From Planctomycetota bacterium (lineage in GTDB: Bacteria; Planctomycetota; UBA1135; UBA2386): a DNA stretch of 64,000 bases. Made by a program: the position numbers and the translations under genes. Location of the stretch: contig OZ245838.1 of NCBI GenBank assembly GCA_965228735.1, positions 4,736,001 to 4,800,000 on the forward strand, read 5' to 3'. Below are positions 37,050 to 47,757 of the stretch, piece after piece. The notes beneath the pieces are model-generated. The model was not told where the DNA came from, did no database searches, and was given only the letters and a program-made list of their open reading frames with translations. Within the stretch, counting starts at the first letter, position 1; each line of letters opens with the position of its first letter.

Positions 37050-37397
37050 CTAGGAGCAGGCGTCCCACACTCCATTGCATGTTCCCACGGCTTCGTCCGT
37101 GCAGCAGTACTCTACGCCGCCCAGACATCGACTTCGACCGTCTGCGCAGTGTTGGCTGGCCTGGCGAGGTGTGCCGAGCCTGAGTCCTTTGGGGATGCGG
37201 ATCCCCAGCGCACGGGCTCCTCGCCTAACGTACACGAGCCGCGCGCTCTCAAACTGCACGTCTGATGATCGCATCTCAATTGCCACACGGGGATGGTTCC
37301 GTGGGAAGAGCACGGTAGATGTTGCGTCGATTTGAGCTTTGCCTCGGAATCGAAGCCACTCGGGTTGCGTGGGGTGTTGGGGGCTATTCGATGACAT
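37050..37397 (-). CDS. Small protein with Cys-rich C-terminus
   Basis: HCADGRSRCLGGVEYCCTDEAVGTCNGVWDACS; GAGG before the ATG. Confidence 0.5.
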   Translation of the reverse strand: MSSNSPQHPTQPEWLRFRGKAQIDATSTVLFPRNHPRVAIEMRSSDVQFESARLVYVRRGARALGIRIPKGLRLGTPRQASQHCADGRSRCLGGVEYCCTDEAVGTCNGVWDACS

Positions 37398-37414
37398 GGA
37401 CAGCCTCGGAAGTT

Positions 37415-38029
37415 CTACGGTGCGGAGAAGATGCTGATCGTGCAGAGCGTCAAAGCGACAATCATTGACAGGCCTGCCAGGGCGAGAATGCCTGCGCACG
37501 CAAGCTGCACGGGCTTGCGAACATGTTCTAGGGTCTCTCTCGCGTGGACCGCGAAGTCCTCCATCTTGAGGTCTGTGAGATCGTCCAAGCTGGTCAGCAG
37601 CTGGCTGTAGTTCGCCTTGTCGGGGAGTTGTCCCAGGCCGCAGAGCTTGCGGAGATGTGCGAGAGTGTTCCTAAGATCGCGCTCGCCGATGACATCTTTG
37701 TGAGCTCGGAGATCCTTCTTCCAGAGGTTCCAGAGTTCGCTCGTCCCCCCTTGGTTGGCGGACTCCTTCAGCGCGCGAGTCGCCTTAACGGTAGTTGGCG
37801 CAGCGATTGTCACCAATGCCGCGTATGCGGCGAATGCTATCGAGGACGCAACAGCAAGTTGAGTCCTGAGCGGAAGGCTCTTGCCGAGCAAGGCTAAGCC
37901 GTCAGCTAGCAGTGCGAGTGCGAAGAGTGTTGCGATCGACAACGGGCTAGACAGACGAAGCGCCAGCAGGTGCGACCAGTTGAGCCAAGAGCGAAGGCGG
38001 ATGGCGAGTTTCGATGGCAACTTGGCCAT
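37415..38029 (-). CDS. 3-TM membrane protein
   Basis: Two N-terminal and one C-terminal hydrophobic helices; abuts the upstream stop. Confidence 0.6.
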   Translation of the reverse strand: MAKLPSKLAIRLRSWLNWSHLLALRLSSPLSIATLFALALLADGLALLGKSLPLRTQLAVASSIAFAAYAALVTIAAPTTVKATRALKESANQGGTSELWNLWKKDLRAHKDVIGERDLRNTLAHLRKLCGLGQLPDKANYSQLLTSLDDLTDLKMEDFAVHARETLEHVRKPVQLACAGILALAGLSMIVALTLCTISIFSAP

Positions 38030-38530
38030 TCAGAAGAGCCTGAGGATTCCGTGGCCGGCAACCCCGACCCATAGCACTAGAAACAGCCAGGGCGTCAATC
38101 GACCCCAGTTCTTCGTGGACAGCCCGTCTCGTAGGAAGCTCCGGCGTGGTCGAAAGTAGTCTTCGGTGTCCGGCCGCGCGGTCAGCATCCGCCTCCCTTC
38201 GGGAACGACGGAGAGCTCCAGTCTGCGGATCAGCTCCTCCTTGTTTCGAAGGTGGTAGAGGAGCCGTGCTGCAGACGTGGCCCAGGCGAAGGCGAGGAGC
38301 GTCCCAGCACATCCAACAGCGAGAACGATGCTCGCAGGAAGTGCATCGAAGAGTCTACTTTCCTTGCCGCCGCTCAAGAGCGCCGCCATCAAGGCCGCGA
38401 ACGCGACTAGCGCAGAGTGAAGGGTTGCGAAGACCCGGAAGACGTTCCAGAAGTGCTGGCTTGCCGAGGACCGAGTCGCGAAAAGAAGCTTGAGCTGCTC
38501 AGCAGCGCTGATTGTTTCTTCGGGGTGCAT
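38030..38530 (-). CDS. 3-TM protein, RipA-like pattern
   Basis: FWNVFRVFATLHSAL...W...LRNKEELIRRLE...PWLFLVLW. Confidence 0.55.
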   Translation of the reverse strand: MHPEETISAAEQLKLLFATRSSASQHFWNVFRVFATLHSALVAFAALMAALLSGGKESRLFDALPASIVLAVGCAGTLLAFAWATSAARLLYHLRNKEELIRRLELSVVPEGRRMLTARPDTEDYFRPRRSFLRDGLSTKNWGRLTPWLFLVLWVGVAGHGILRLF

Positions 38531-38554
38531 CGGCTGGACTGAGTTGTTGTTGCG

Positions 38555-39715
38555 CTATTGGACGTAGGACACGCTGAGATTGCCGTTGGCCGTCAAGACG
38601 ATCGAAATGTGGTCGTCGCCAGTTGGATCCGCATGCCCCTCTGGTCCGGACTCTTCGTGGTCCCACTCATCGTCGCCCTCGTGATCGCCCCGATCTGTTC
38701 GGAAGATGTTGGCAAGCGCGACGCCGTTCGCCAGATAGCGCTGGGCCGCAGCTGATCGCGGGTGTTCGTGCGCGTGGCCTGCGGAGAACACGACGTGGGT
38801 AGGGGAGACGGCCTGGATAAACGCCGTGGAGCTCCCGTTGTCGGCGCCGTGATGCGGGGCGATCAACACGTCCGAGTCGATCGTCACGGCGGGTGAGTAA
38901 TCGACCATGTGTCTCTCCGTTGCGATGCACACGTCGTTCGGGTCGCCGATGTGGCGTCCGACGGCGTCTCCTGCGAAGAGAACGGAGCGGCTTCGGTAGG
39001 TCAGGCGCACGCAGATGCTGCCCGCGTTCCGGCGTTCGCTCAGGCTGTTAAGGCCCCAGTCGTCGGGCGGTTGGTGGAAGCCGCAAAGGAACGTGACGAA
39101 GACATCGCCGAAACGAAGCGTCGCTCCGGGCCGGACCGTGCGATGGGCGAGGTTGATGTCCTCGCAGTCTTCATGCTCGACTTCGATGGCGATTGCTTCG
39201 TTCGCGTTGCGCCATGTCGCCGTCGTTCGAGGCAGACCAGTGCGGAGCACACGGCGGACTGTGTAGGCATCCAGGATCTCGTCGACAGCGCCGAGGTGAT
39301 CGGCATCGCTGTGACTTAGGACCATGATCTCGATCTCCTCTGCGTCGTCCTCGATGAAGTCCTGGATCGCTTCGAACGAGCGATTGCCGCCTCCGGAGTA
39401 GTGGCCGGCGTCGTAGATCATGTAGCGGTGTGTTGTCTCTCCTGGCAGTAGCGGCAGCCGCGCGACGCAGGCGAGTCCGGCGCCGATGTCGAGGACCCGG
39501 ATCTCAAGGTCGCCTGGCCCTTGCGGCGTTGGGGCGACGGTTTCCGTTCGCGCTGCTCGATGCTCGTGGTCACCCCACGAGATCGTCGGAGACAGCTGGC
39601 AGGCGCCGAGCGCGACAAGCAGCAGTGTCGAGAATGCGGTCCGAGCGATGTGTTGGACCCGGACGACGACAGACACGGGCCGATCGGCCCGCAGCGAATG
39701 GCGTGCGACGCTCAT
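38555..39715 (-). CDS. ComEC/Rec2-like metallo-beta-lactamase-fold hydrolase, lipoprotein
   Basis: LDIGAG, YDAG, SHSDADHLG, FAGDA, PHHG, HEHP; LVALGAC lipobox; AGGAG RBS before ATG 39715. Confidence 0.9.
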   Translation of the reverse strand: MSVARHSLRADRPVSVVVRVQHIARTAFSTLLLVALGACQLSPTISWGDHEHRAARTETVAPTPQGPGDLEIRVLDIGAGLACVARLPLLPGETTHRYMIYDAGHYSGGGNRSFEAIQDFIEDDAEEIEIMVLSHSDADHLGAVDEILDAYTVRRVLRTGLPRTTATWRNANEAIAIEVEHEDCEDINLAHRTVRPGATLRFGDVFVTFLCGFHQPPDDWGLNSLSERRNAGSICVRLTYRSRSVLFAGDAVGRHIGDPNDVCIATERHMVDYSPAVTIDSDVLIAPHHGADNGSSTAFIQAVSPTHVVFSAGHAHEHPRSAAAQRYLANGVALANIFRTDRGDHEGDDEWDHEESGPEGHADPTGDDHISIVLTANGNLSVSYVQ

Positions 39716-40177
39716 GACTCTCCTAGGTTGTGACGACTCCGCGACGAACGCGGACACCTCCCACGGTCGGAGAGGCTACACCGACCTGGGTCGCTGGGGG
39801 AACCCCCTCGCCAGGACGAGGTCGCCTACGTGCCGACGAGCCGCTGAGCTGCGATCCATGCCCAGCCGACGATCGCGGCCGCAGCCCAGAATCCGAGTCC
39901 GTAGAGAAGCCCGTCGATCAGGCTGAGGCGGGCTCTGTAGCCCACAGGTTGCTTCGTGTGTTGCATCGTTGCTCCCAGCATCCAGTGCAGTGGGAGGGGG
40001 ATGCGCTGGCAGGGCTGCGGGGGCAGGTAAGTGTGCCGAGGGGAACTAGGGAAAAAGGGAAGAAGGAGAGTCGAGTTTTACGTCCCTCGAGAGGACAACC
40101 CCGGCACGTGTGTGCCCTCCAGCTAGGGCAGGCCGTCTCAGCGCGCAAGCCCCCGCCGCGCGCCGGAGCGCCGAGGC

Positions 40178-40528
40178 TCAGGCGAGCGCGTCCGCCACGA
40201 TCGCATGCACGCGTTCCAGTGCCTTGCGCATCCGTTCCCGGTCGCGTTCGACCTGCTGCACTGCAACAAGCACGCTTGCCGTAGAGGTCGGTGACGTGAC
40301 CTTCGAGCGTCGTGCCTTCGATCCCTTCGCTGCCTTCTTGCGCTTGCCGGCGCCGCGCACTTGGTAGACCAGCGGCAGCGAGCAGCCGACCTTCTTCGCG
40401 ATGTCGACCGGCGCCACTCCGATTTTCAGCAGCGCGCGGATCTGATCCGACTTCGAGTTCGGTTTCTCCGACGCCGCTTTGCGCCGAGTGGTCTGCTTCT
40501 TCGCGGTCGTCTTCTTTCGGTTCGCCAT
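40178..40528 (-). CDS. Small Lys/Arg-rich HTH protein (copy 2)
   Basis: Paralog of 1792..2142. Confidence 0.8.
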   Translation of the reverse strand: MANRKKTTAKKQTTRRKAASEKPNSKSDQIRALLKIGVAPVDIAKKVGCSLPLVYQVRGAGKRKKAAKGSKARRSKVTSPTSTASVLVAVQQVERDRERMRKALERVHAIVADALA

Positions 40529-40765
40529 CGTAGTTGGATTCTTCGCGCGGCGTTGTGGCGGCGCGACAGTTCTGTTCGGAAATCGGTGACCGGAATCCGG
40601 AGAGTAGTGCGTGCGATTCCGCCAACGTGGTCGCGAGGAGGCGCGGAGGCGGGTGAGTTTTTCTGCGACCGTCTATGTCGGGGATGGAACGCGACTTGGG
40701 CCGCACGAGAAGTGCTTCTCGACGAGTGACTGTGAAACGCGCTTATGGAGGTGACGTAGTGGCCT

Positions 40766-41365
40766 GTGAACCCCTTCGAAGGAGCAGGCCCCCCAAGGAT
40801 GAATCGAGGCGCAAACGTGCGTGCCCCTGGCACGTGCCCCCCGAGATCTGATGTCGGTGAGTCGTGGAATCGGCTTCACCGTCGACTGCTGGCGGCACAA
40901 CTACGGCGAACGTCTGATCCTAGGGTCGACGTGGAGAACGAAGTCGCCGAGACCGTTGCGGCGGCCTGGGGCCGCTTCGGTGACGAGCCGTGCGCCAGTG
41001 ACGTGACCAGATGGTCGCGCAAGGTCTTGTCGCGGCGCGTGCGGTCTGCGGACCGGGGGCTTCGTGTTCGTGCCGTCACGGATCACCGCGTCGAGCGCTG
41101 TCTGGACATGGGGCCAACAGCTGATCAGTTGGCTGAAGCGCGGGAGTGGACCGACTCGGCACGGGCGATGCTCGCGGAGGGCGAGTGCCACACATTCGAT
41201 CTGATGAGGCAGGGGGTTACCGCGAACTCCGAGCTCGCCCAGATCCAGCGGACGTCCGTGAGATGCGTGGAAGAGTCGAGGCGGGCCGTGCGGCAGCGCC
41301 TGGCTCGCTTGTCGGGCAGTTTTGCCGACCTGTGTGGGCAGGGGGCCTCTCAGGCCTTTACCTAG
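40766..41365 (+). CDS. Degenerate ECF sigma factor-like protein (copy 2)
   Basis: Paralog of 2380..2955, 8 aa longer. Confidence 0.6.
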   Translation: MNPFEGAGPPRMNRGANVRAPGTCPPRSDVGESWNRLHRRLLAAQLRRTSDPRVDVENEVAETVAAAWGRFGDEPCASDVTRWSRKVLSRRVRSADRGLRVRAVTDHRVERCLDMGPTADQLAEAREWTDSARAMLAEGECHTFDLMRQGVTANSELAQIQRTSVRCVEESRRAVRQRLARLSGSFADLCGQGASQAFT

Positions 41366-41367
41366 TG

Positions 41368-44300
41368 ATGGCCGCAAACCTAGTTGTTCATCCTGAGCGT
41401 TGCCCGGCGCTTGAGCACATCTCTTGCTTGCTCGGTCGACGGGTCACCCTCGCCGTGCTGGCGTGCCTGCTGCTCGCGCTGGGTCTCGGAGCTCAGAAAG
41501 ACTGTCCACCGAACAAGTCGCCATCGGGTCCGCCCAAATGCCGGTGCGATCCGATCACTCCTGGCGCGAGTGGAGTGGCCCACCACGGTCCGTCCGGCCC
41601 ATTGGGTGGTGGGGCGGGTTCAACTGGCGGCGGGGGCTCCACCGGCGGGGGGGCTGCCGAGACGGGCGATCGAGGTGGCACCAGATCTGACGGGACCTCG
41701 GGCCGGAGGGCGGGCGGGCTCCCCGTTCCGACGACGGGTGGACCGAGTAGGCCAAATCCGTGCTGCGGGTCAGACAAGCCTCTTCCTAACTATGCGGCTC
41801 ATTGGCCTGGCGATGACAAGGTTGCGACAGAGCCCGAGGTTCCGTTCAGGGTGATCGGGCGACCGGACCCCGCTCCATATCCGCCGCCGATATTGTATCC
41901 TTACCCCGGCCCATGCTCGAACATCTGCCCGTCATGTGGCGTCGATCACGAGTGTGTTTTCACCACGCGCCCGCGCCCCCCCATCGGCGCGCCGGCAGAT
42001 CCGGTCCTCAATTTCGGATCGTCCCCACTCGGCTCGCATCCGAATGGCCACGTGGCATATTACAGTGAGCCAGGATCGGGTCTATTCTACCACCAGCCAC
42101 ACGCCGATAACGGGACTCTTCTCGATTACATTGATGTCCATACCGTGGACGGATTCGTCGCACGATACAGAATGGTCACCATGACAGGTGGCGTTCGCTA
42201 CGCGGTCATCGAGTCGATGACTGATAGTCGAGACAACGTAACGTATTATATCTATGATCAGCAAGATCGCTTGAGCTGCGTGCAGCATCCGACCGGGATC
42301 CATGAGTGCTGGAACTACGATCCAACATGGATCGGGCAGGGCGCTGGGAAGTGGGATGACACGAACTACAGCGGCGTCGAGGTTACGTTCTTCGACGTGG
42401 ACACGGGTTCGACCGTCTCCGGCCGGACGCGCTACTACCTGTTTCACCGCCTTCGGAACCCGCAGGGCAATCTCGTTCCCAACGCGCGCCCGTTCGGTGG
42501 CGACCTTCTGTATCGGACCTACCAGGCGAGCTTCTTCGTCTTAGACCCCGTTGCGGCTGGCAGCGTGGCGCAGCTTCCAACGGGGCTGTCGCAGAGTGTC
42601 GAGCGCTACGCGGTCACGGAGCTAACCTATCACTCTGGCACGCGGCGTGTTCACGAGTTCCGAAGTCTTGTTGTCGACGGCGTGGCTCACGGACTGCCTG
42701 TATCGCAGCAGCAGACACTCGTCGCCTACCAGTACGAGGATTGGCCGGCTGGTTCGGGCTACCGGCGGGTCAAGACGGAGTACTTCCCGCAAGAGGGCCT
42801 GCGTCTTCAGTATTCCTACGTCTTCGGCGACTCGTCTTCGCCGAATCGAGTTACGCAGTTCACGCGTCTGGAGCAGGCTGCGTCTTCCGAGCTAGGGCCG
42901 TCAGTTGAAGACTTCGTGCAACGCGTAGAGGTTCTCGATAGTTTCGGACGCCCAACCGAGGTTACGACGACACCACTCAGCTCAAACTCATTTCCCCGGA
43001 CGTCTGACCCAGACAACGGAGGGTGGGTCGAACCAACTAGTCGGAAGTTCATCTATCAGTACGGGGCGTGCAACTTATGTGCGGCGAAGCCAACGCTCGT
43101 CCGCGACGATGACGCCAATCGCGTATATGAGTTTGACTACGACTCGCTGACGGGCTTGTTGACGGAGGAGCGATTCCCGAGCCCGACCGGCACCGGTGTC
43201 GCTACTCGCAAGTATGTCTACGAGGTTAGAACGCCAGGTCAGATCTACTCCGCCTACGACATTGACTACGAGGAGGATGAGTTCGGGCGGACTTTCAACT
43301 ACTCTTACGGACGTATCACGCGCGCGGTGGCATCGCATGGCGCCAAGAACCAGTGGGTCGATCGATCTAGTCCCGGTATTACTCTCGCGGACGGAACAAC
43401 GGGCCCCCCGGTGCAGGAGACCATCTACTACGACACGTCCGTGCCGCAGTTCTACACTCAAGGCGGACAGAAGGCCTACGTCGGCCACGTATCCAGCGTG
43501 AACGATGGCGATGGTGTCACAACGAACTACGAGGTCGATGCAGACGGGCGCCCTTGGCGGGTGATCGTCAATCCGAGCGGTGGCGCAGACGAGATCGAAT
43601 CGCGCGAGGTTCGAGATCACCTAGGTCGCGTCACTACATACATCTCGAACTACGGCTCGGCGCTCCAGCAAGAGACGCACGTCGAATACAACAGCGCTGA
43701 CATGGTGACTCGCGTGTGGCGAACCGTCGGCGCGCAGACGATGGACGAGCGGTTCTTCTACGACTCCCTCGGACATCTCACAGTCCATCTCGAGCGGAAT
43801 GTCACTTCAACAGACTCCGCGCCGGTCGACTTTGGATCCCCCGGTCGCTCGGAGACGGCGCGAGAGTGGTTGAGAAGCGAGTATCAGTATGAAGGTGTTC
43901 GACTCGCTACGCTGTTGGTAGATCGCCGCCCATTGGATCGCGACGACAGCGGCTCGGTCGCGGACGCTGCCGGAGCAAGGTTCCTCAGGACTGACTTTGG
44001 CTACCACCCTCGTGGTTGGGTGACGCACGTATACCGACCGAACGGTGCGGTGGAAGAGTCCACGTTCGATGGATATGGGGCACTCTACAAGCGCTCGCTG
44101 CAATCGACGGGGCAAGATCCGGTTGTCGAGCGGTGGTTCGTCAACGACGCGCTGGAGGTGGTCCGACACGTGAAGGGGGACGGCGCCGTGGAGTTGGCGA
44201 CCGACTTGGAGCGGAACTCTACTGGGGTCGTCGAGAAGGTCACGGAGCCGAGAGTGGCTCCACCAGGCACGTGGTATCCCGTGACGACGAACTACGTGGC

Positions 44301-47300
44301 GTTCGGGATTCGCGAGTTTGATACCGACGTTGGGGGCAATGTCGTGGAAAGCCGAATCTACGACGGCTCGACTGCGACTCCGACTCTGCTCGCGCGAACC
44401 GTGAATACCTACGACGAGCTGGGCCGAGTCTATCGAGTAGACAGATTCGATCCGCCGGGAGCGAGCGCAGCCGCTCGCTCGATGAGCGTGCTGTGGGGCG
44501 GCGCGAGTCAATCTGACAAGGTCACCCTTGACTTCAATCCAGCGAACCCGGGGACGCAGACGAGAACTGTCGAAAGCGTCTTCGACGCAGCTGGTCGACT
44601 AACTGAACGCTTCGATTCGCTGCCAGCGACCCCCAACCGCGTCATTCGCACGTTCGAGGCGAAAACTTGGCTTACCAAGACGGTGACCCGAAAGCTCCGA
44701 GACGAACATCCTGGGACGGCAGGCTACGTCGACCGTGTAGTTCAGTATTCGCGAGACGGGCTAGGCCGTGTCGTGCAAATCCTGCAAGAGCCAAACGCGA
44801 CCTCACCTTTGTCGCACACGTTCACCTACTACAGCAACGGGAGAACGGAGTCATACACCGATCCAGCTGGCAAGGTGCAGAACTACCTTCCCGATGCCCT
44901 AGGGCGTCTCGTCGAGCACTACTTGCCCGGTGTGGACCCGATCTGGAACGAGTCGAAGTTCCAAGTCTGGACTGGCACCGACGATCGTTCTGAAACTGTT
45001 CGGACGGACGGCCGTGGTCGAGTGACGCGGTCGATTGTCGATTTCGCGGGGCGCGTTCAGGCGATCATGAATCCGGGGGCGACGGTTGAGCCGACGTCTG
45101 CTTCGCCGCACCAAGCCTTCGCGAAGTTCTTTGCCTACAACTCAGCGTCGCAGCTGACCGGTGTCTCTCAGGGTAATGGCGTGCATACGGCACATTACCG
45201 AGACGGCATGGGTAGACTGATTGCGCGATCAACGCCGACGGCCGGTGCAAACCAGTTCGTTTCTTTGTATCACGGTCGGGACATCCTCGTCCGAAACGGA
45301 CTCGGGCAAGTCACCTACGCGGCGAACTACTATGGGCCAGATGGCTCATGGGGTCTCTACCAGCAAGAAATATTCGGACCGGACTCTCTGGGGCGCAACC
45401 ATCTCGAGTCTTTCAGGTTCCTATTCGGTAACAACTGGGTGGAAGTCGATAGCGGCTTCACCAATGGAGACTCTGTCCGCACAGCGCTCACCTACGATAA
45501 CAATGCGGGCGGGGACGGTCTGTGGCTGGACTATTTGCCCGATGCGATTGGTCGACTGAGTCGCGTGGACTGGCGAACCTCGAGCGGCGGAACGCCCGAG
45601 ACCCTGGCGGATTACTTGCACGAGGGTGGTCGAATTCGACGGCGCACCACGCACTGGGGTCCCGGCGCGTCTGATGAGTTCGATACAGACTATCGATACG
45701 ACGTGTTCGGCCGGATGGATCAAATCACACAATCCTTCAGCGCGTCCGCTACGGTCGGCTTCTTCTACGATGATGCCAGCAGCTTGCTGAAGGAAGAGTA
45801 TCAGAAGCAGGGTGGCGTCAACGAGAAGGGTGACCGGTTCACCTATGACGAGCATCACCGGCTCGAGAGCGCTTGGCTCGGGGCCAACCAGGCTGAGTTG
45901 GACAACCCGGGGACGGGCACGTTCATCAAGAAGCTGACATACAATCTCGACGCGGCGAACAACCGTGAGTCAGTGACTACTCAGATTGGGCCGATGGGTG
46001 TCCCCTCCACAGCAAACTACGATACGCAGGACGCAGCGCCTCAGGGGCCAAGCAATCGTTACGAGGACGCTGAAGGCGTGGCGCCGCTCTACGACGAGCG
46101 CGGCAACACGATATTCGACGGAAACTTCTGCTACGTCTACGATGACCTCAACCGGATCAGTGAGGTGTACATACTGACGGGCCAGGACGCGTCTTCGATG
46201 TCCAGCGTTCAGTCGTTTGGTGCATCAGGGCAGTCAGGCTCTCTTTCGAGCTTACGGGAGGCGGAGCTGGCGCGCGGTAAGTTCGCCGTTACAGACCCCG
46301 GGGTTCTGCGCGCGGCGAGGCGACGAATCCTCGGCCGAGTTCCGGAACATCCAGGGCGAATTCATCAGCTGCATTGGGACCCTTCGTTCAGGCGGCGCTT
46401 GAGTGAGCCGCTCCCTCCCATGGCTGCGACCCGCACCGCACAGCCCGCGAGCGGCTCGGCGACGTCGTCGAGTGCGGGCAGTTCGGGTGGCGAAGCCGAG
46501 AACGCAACGATGACGCTGTACGCGGTCTATCAGTACGATGCGATGAACCGACGCGTTAATCGTAGCGTCATCGGTGTTCAGACCTGGTTTTATGCCTGGG
46601 ATGGGTGGCAGGAGGCCGAGGAGTTGACGTGGGACGGCACGAATGTGGTGCCGCAGCGGCAGTTTGTATGGGGCGAGCAACTTGATGAGCTGGTCGCCTA
46701 CCGATACCGCCAGCCTGGGCAAAGCGCGTTCGCGGAATTCTTTGTTGCCGAGGGCGGTGCTCATTGCCCGAGCCGGGTTCTGGACGACCAGGGGCAAGTC
46801 GTGGAGGTGCAAGAGTATGATTCCTACGGCAAGGCAAGTTTCTTCGATGGCAGTGGTGGATATGTCGGCGGCGGGACACAGTTTGCTGTCGGGAGCGTGT
46901 TCCGGTGGAAAGGCCACCGGGCGGATCCAGAGACCGGGTTGGTTCTGATCAGAAATCGGTATTACGCGCCGGAGAGTGGTCGGTTCTACTCAATGGACCC
47001 CGGGGGGGTGTGGTTCGATAAGGCCGCGAGGGGTAACGCATACAACTACGGAGCGGCTAGCCCCTTGGTGGATTGGGATCCACTGGGTTTGCAAGTCATC
47101 CCTACCCCCCAAGTTATCATCCACATGTTCGACAATCCGCTGATTGCCGGGATTGGAGATGTGGCGCATGAAATCGCGTTTGGTGTGCAGGACGGGATCC
47201 AGTACGGCGGTGAGCTTTCACTATCGGTGACCGTGGGTCAGATTACAGGTAACTGGGATCCGTTCAACGAGCTGGTTGACGAGGCTTATGACGGGGTCCT

Positions 47301-47757
47301 GTCGTTGCCAGAGAATATTGGTAACGAGGTTGCTGGAATATGGGACGGCCTTGCTAGTGGAGATCCGCGTTCGATGGCTGCGGCTGTCACCAAGATTGTT
47401 ACCGCCGGCGGAGCCGCGGCTGGGCTCGGTCGCAAGATACTGCGACGTAGCAATAAGCCTCTGGTTGGGCCTAATGGCGGAACGAGCTGGGAAACCGCTA
47501 GACGCGTATACTGGAAGCGATATGGGGTTTGCGGTGAGGCGCCGAGGCGGATTGTGTTGGTGGAGTACCACAAGAGGCCAGGCAAGAAATTTTATATCGA
47601 GGAGACCAAAGAATTGCACCATATCAAGGCACAGAAAGACGGGGGCAAGCACACTCCCAGAAATCTGAAAGAGGTGTGGCCTAAGGAGCACGAGCGTATT
47701 GATCCGTATCGCTTCACTGGCTACAATGTGGTGAGAGTTATTGGCCCTGGTAGGTAG
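41368..47757 (+). CDS. RHS/YD-repeat polymorphic toxin 2, signal peptide, HNH-nuclease tip
   Basis: Start placed by homology with RHS1; VTLAVLACLLLALGLGAQ; core ends PLVDWDPLGL; tip ELHHIKAQKDGGKHTPRNL...EHERIDPYR. Confidence 0.93.
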   Translation: MAANLVVHPERCPALEHISCLLGRRVTLAVLACLLLALGLGAQKDCPPNKSPSGPPKCRCDPITPGASGVAHHGPSGPLGGGAGSTGGGGSTGGGAAETGDRGGTRSDGTSGRRAGGLPVPTTGGPSRPNPCCGSDKPLPNYAAHWPGDDKVATEPEVPFRVIGRPDPAPYPPPILYPYPGPCSNICPSCGVDHECVFTTRPRPPIGAPADPVLNFGSSPLGSHPNGHVAYYSEPGSGLFYHQPHADNGTLLDYIDVHTVDGFVARYRMVTMTGGVRYAVIESMTDSRDNVTYYIYDQQDRLSCVQHPTGIHECWNYDPTWIGQGAGKWDDTNYSGVEVTFFDVDTGSTVSGRTRYYLFHRLRNPQGNLVPNARPFGGDLLYRTYQASFFVLDPVAAGSVAQLPTGLSQSVERYAVTELTYHSGTRRVHEFRSLVVDGVAHGLPVSQQQTLVAYQYEDWPAGSGYRRVKTEYFPQEGLRLQYSYVFGDSSSPNRVTQFTRLEQAASSELGPSVEDFVQRVEVLDSFGRPTEVTTTPLSSNSFPRTSDPDNGGWVEPTSRKFIYQYGACNLCAAKPTLVRDDDANRVYEFDYDSLTGLLTEERFPSPTGTGVATRKYVYEVRTPGQIYSAYDIDYEEDEFGRTFNYSYGRITRAVASHGAKNQWVDRSSPGITLADGTTGPPVQETIYYDTSVPQFYTQGGQKAYVGHVSSVNDGDGVTTNYEVDADGRPWRVIVNPSGGADEIESREVRDHLGRVTTYISNYGSALQQETHVEYNSADMVTRVWRTVGAQTMDERFFYDSLGHLTVHLERNVTSTDSAPVDFGSPGRSETAREWLRSEYQYEGVRLATLLVDRRPLDRDDSGSVADAAGARFLRTDFGYHPRGWVTHVYRPNGAVEESTFDGYGALYKRSLQSTGQDPVVERWFVNDALEVVRHVKGDGAVELATDLERNSTGVVEKVTEPRVAPPGTWYPVTTNYVAFGIREFDTDVGGNVVESRIYDGSTATPTLLARTVNTYDELGRVYRVDRFDPPGASAAARSMSVLWGGASQSDKVTLDFNPANPGTQTRTVESVFDAAGRLTERFDSLPATPNRVIRTFEAKTWLTKTVTRKLRDEHPGTAGYVDRVVQYSRDGLGRVVQILQEPNATSPLSHTFTYYSNGRTESYTDPAGKVQNYLPDALGRLVEHYLPGVDPIWNESKFQVWTGTDDRSETVRTDGRGRVTRSIVDFAGRVQAIMNPGATVEPTSASPHQAFAKFFAYNSASQLTGVSQGNGVHTAHYRDGMGRLIARSTPTAGANQFVSLYHGRDILVRNGLGQVTYAANYYGPDGSWGLYQQEIFGPDSLGRNHLESFRFLFGNNWVEVDSGFTNGDSVRTALTYDNNAGGDGLWLDYLPDAIGRLSRVDWRTSSGGTPETLADYLHEGGRIRRRTTHWGPGASDEFDTDYRYDVFGRMDQITQSFSASATVGFFYDDASSLLKEEYQKQGGVNEKGDRFTYDEHHRLESAWLGANQAELDNPGTGTFIKKLTYNLDAANNRESVTTQIGPMGVPSTANYDTQDAAPQGPSNRYEDAEGVAPLYDERGNTIFDGNFCYVYDDLNRISEVYILTGQDASSMSSVQSFGASGQSGSLSSLREAELARGKFAVTDPGVLRAARRRILGRVPEHPGRIHQLHWDPSFRRRLSEPLPPMAATRTAQPASGSATSSSAGSSGGEAENATMTLYAVYQYDAMNRRVNRSVIGVQTWFYAWDGWQEAEELTWDGTNVVPQRQFVWGEQLDELVAYRYRQPGQSAFAEFFVAEGGAHCPSRVLDDQGQVVEVQEYDSYGKASFFDGSGGYVGGGTQFAVGSVFRWKGHRADPETGLVLIRNRYYAPESGRFYSMDPGGVWFDKAARGNAYNYGAASPLVDWDPLGLQVIPTPQVIIHMFDNPLIAGIGDVAHEIAFGVQDGIQYGGELSLSVTVGQITGNWDPFNELVDEAYDGVLSLPENIGNEVAGIWDGLASGDPRSMAAAVTKIVTAGGAAAGLGRKILRRSNKPLVGPNGGTSWETARRVYWKRYGVCGEAPRRIVLVEYHKRPGKKFYIEETKELHHIKAQKDGGKHTPRNLKEVWPKEHERIDPYRFTGYNVVRVIGPGR

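Larger units (their letters stand above)
39670..41380. repeat. ~1.7-kb cassette, copy 2
   Basis: Near-identical to 1282-2995. Confidence 0.95.

Noticed and set aside
39730..40706. ORFs 39730..40284 (+) and 39918..40706 (-)
   Set aside because: The frames are not preserved in copy 1, and they overlap the conserved HTH gene.
41146..41367. 74-aa N-terminal extension of RHS2 in the ORF track
   Set aside because: It overlaps the sigma-like gene; homology with RHS1 places the start at 41368.
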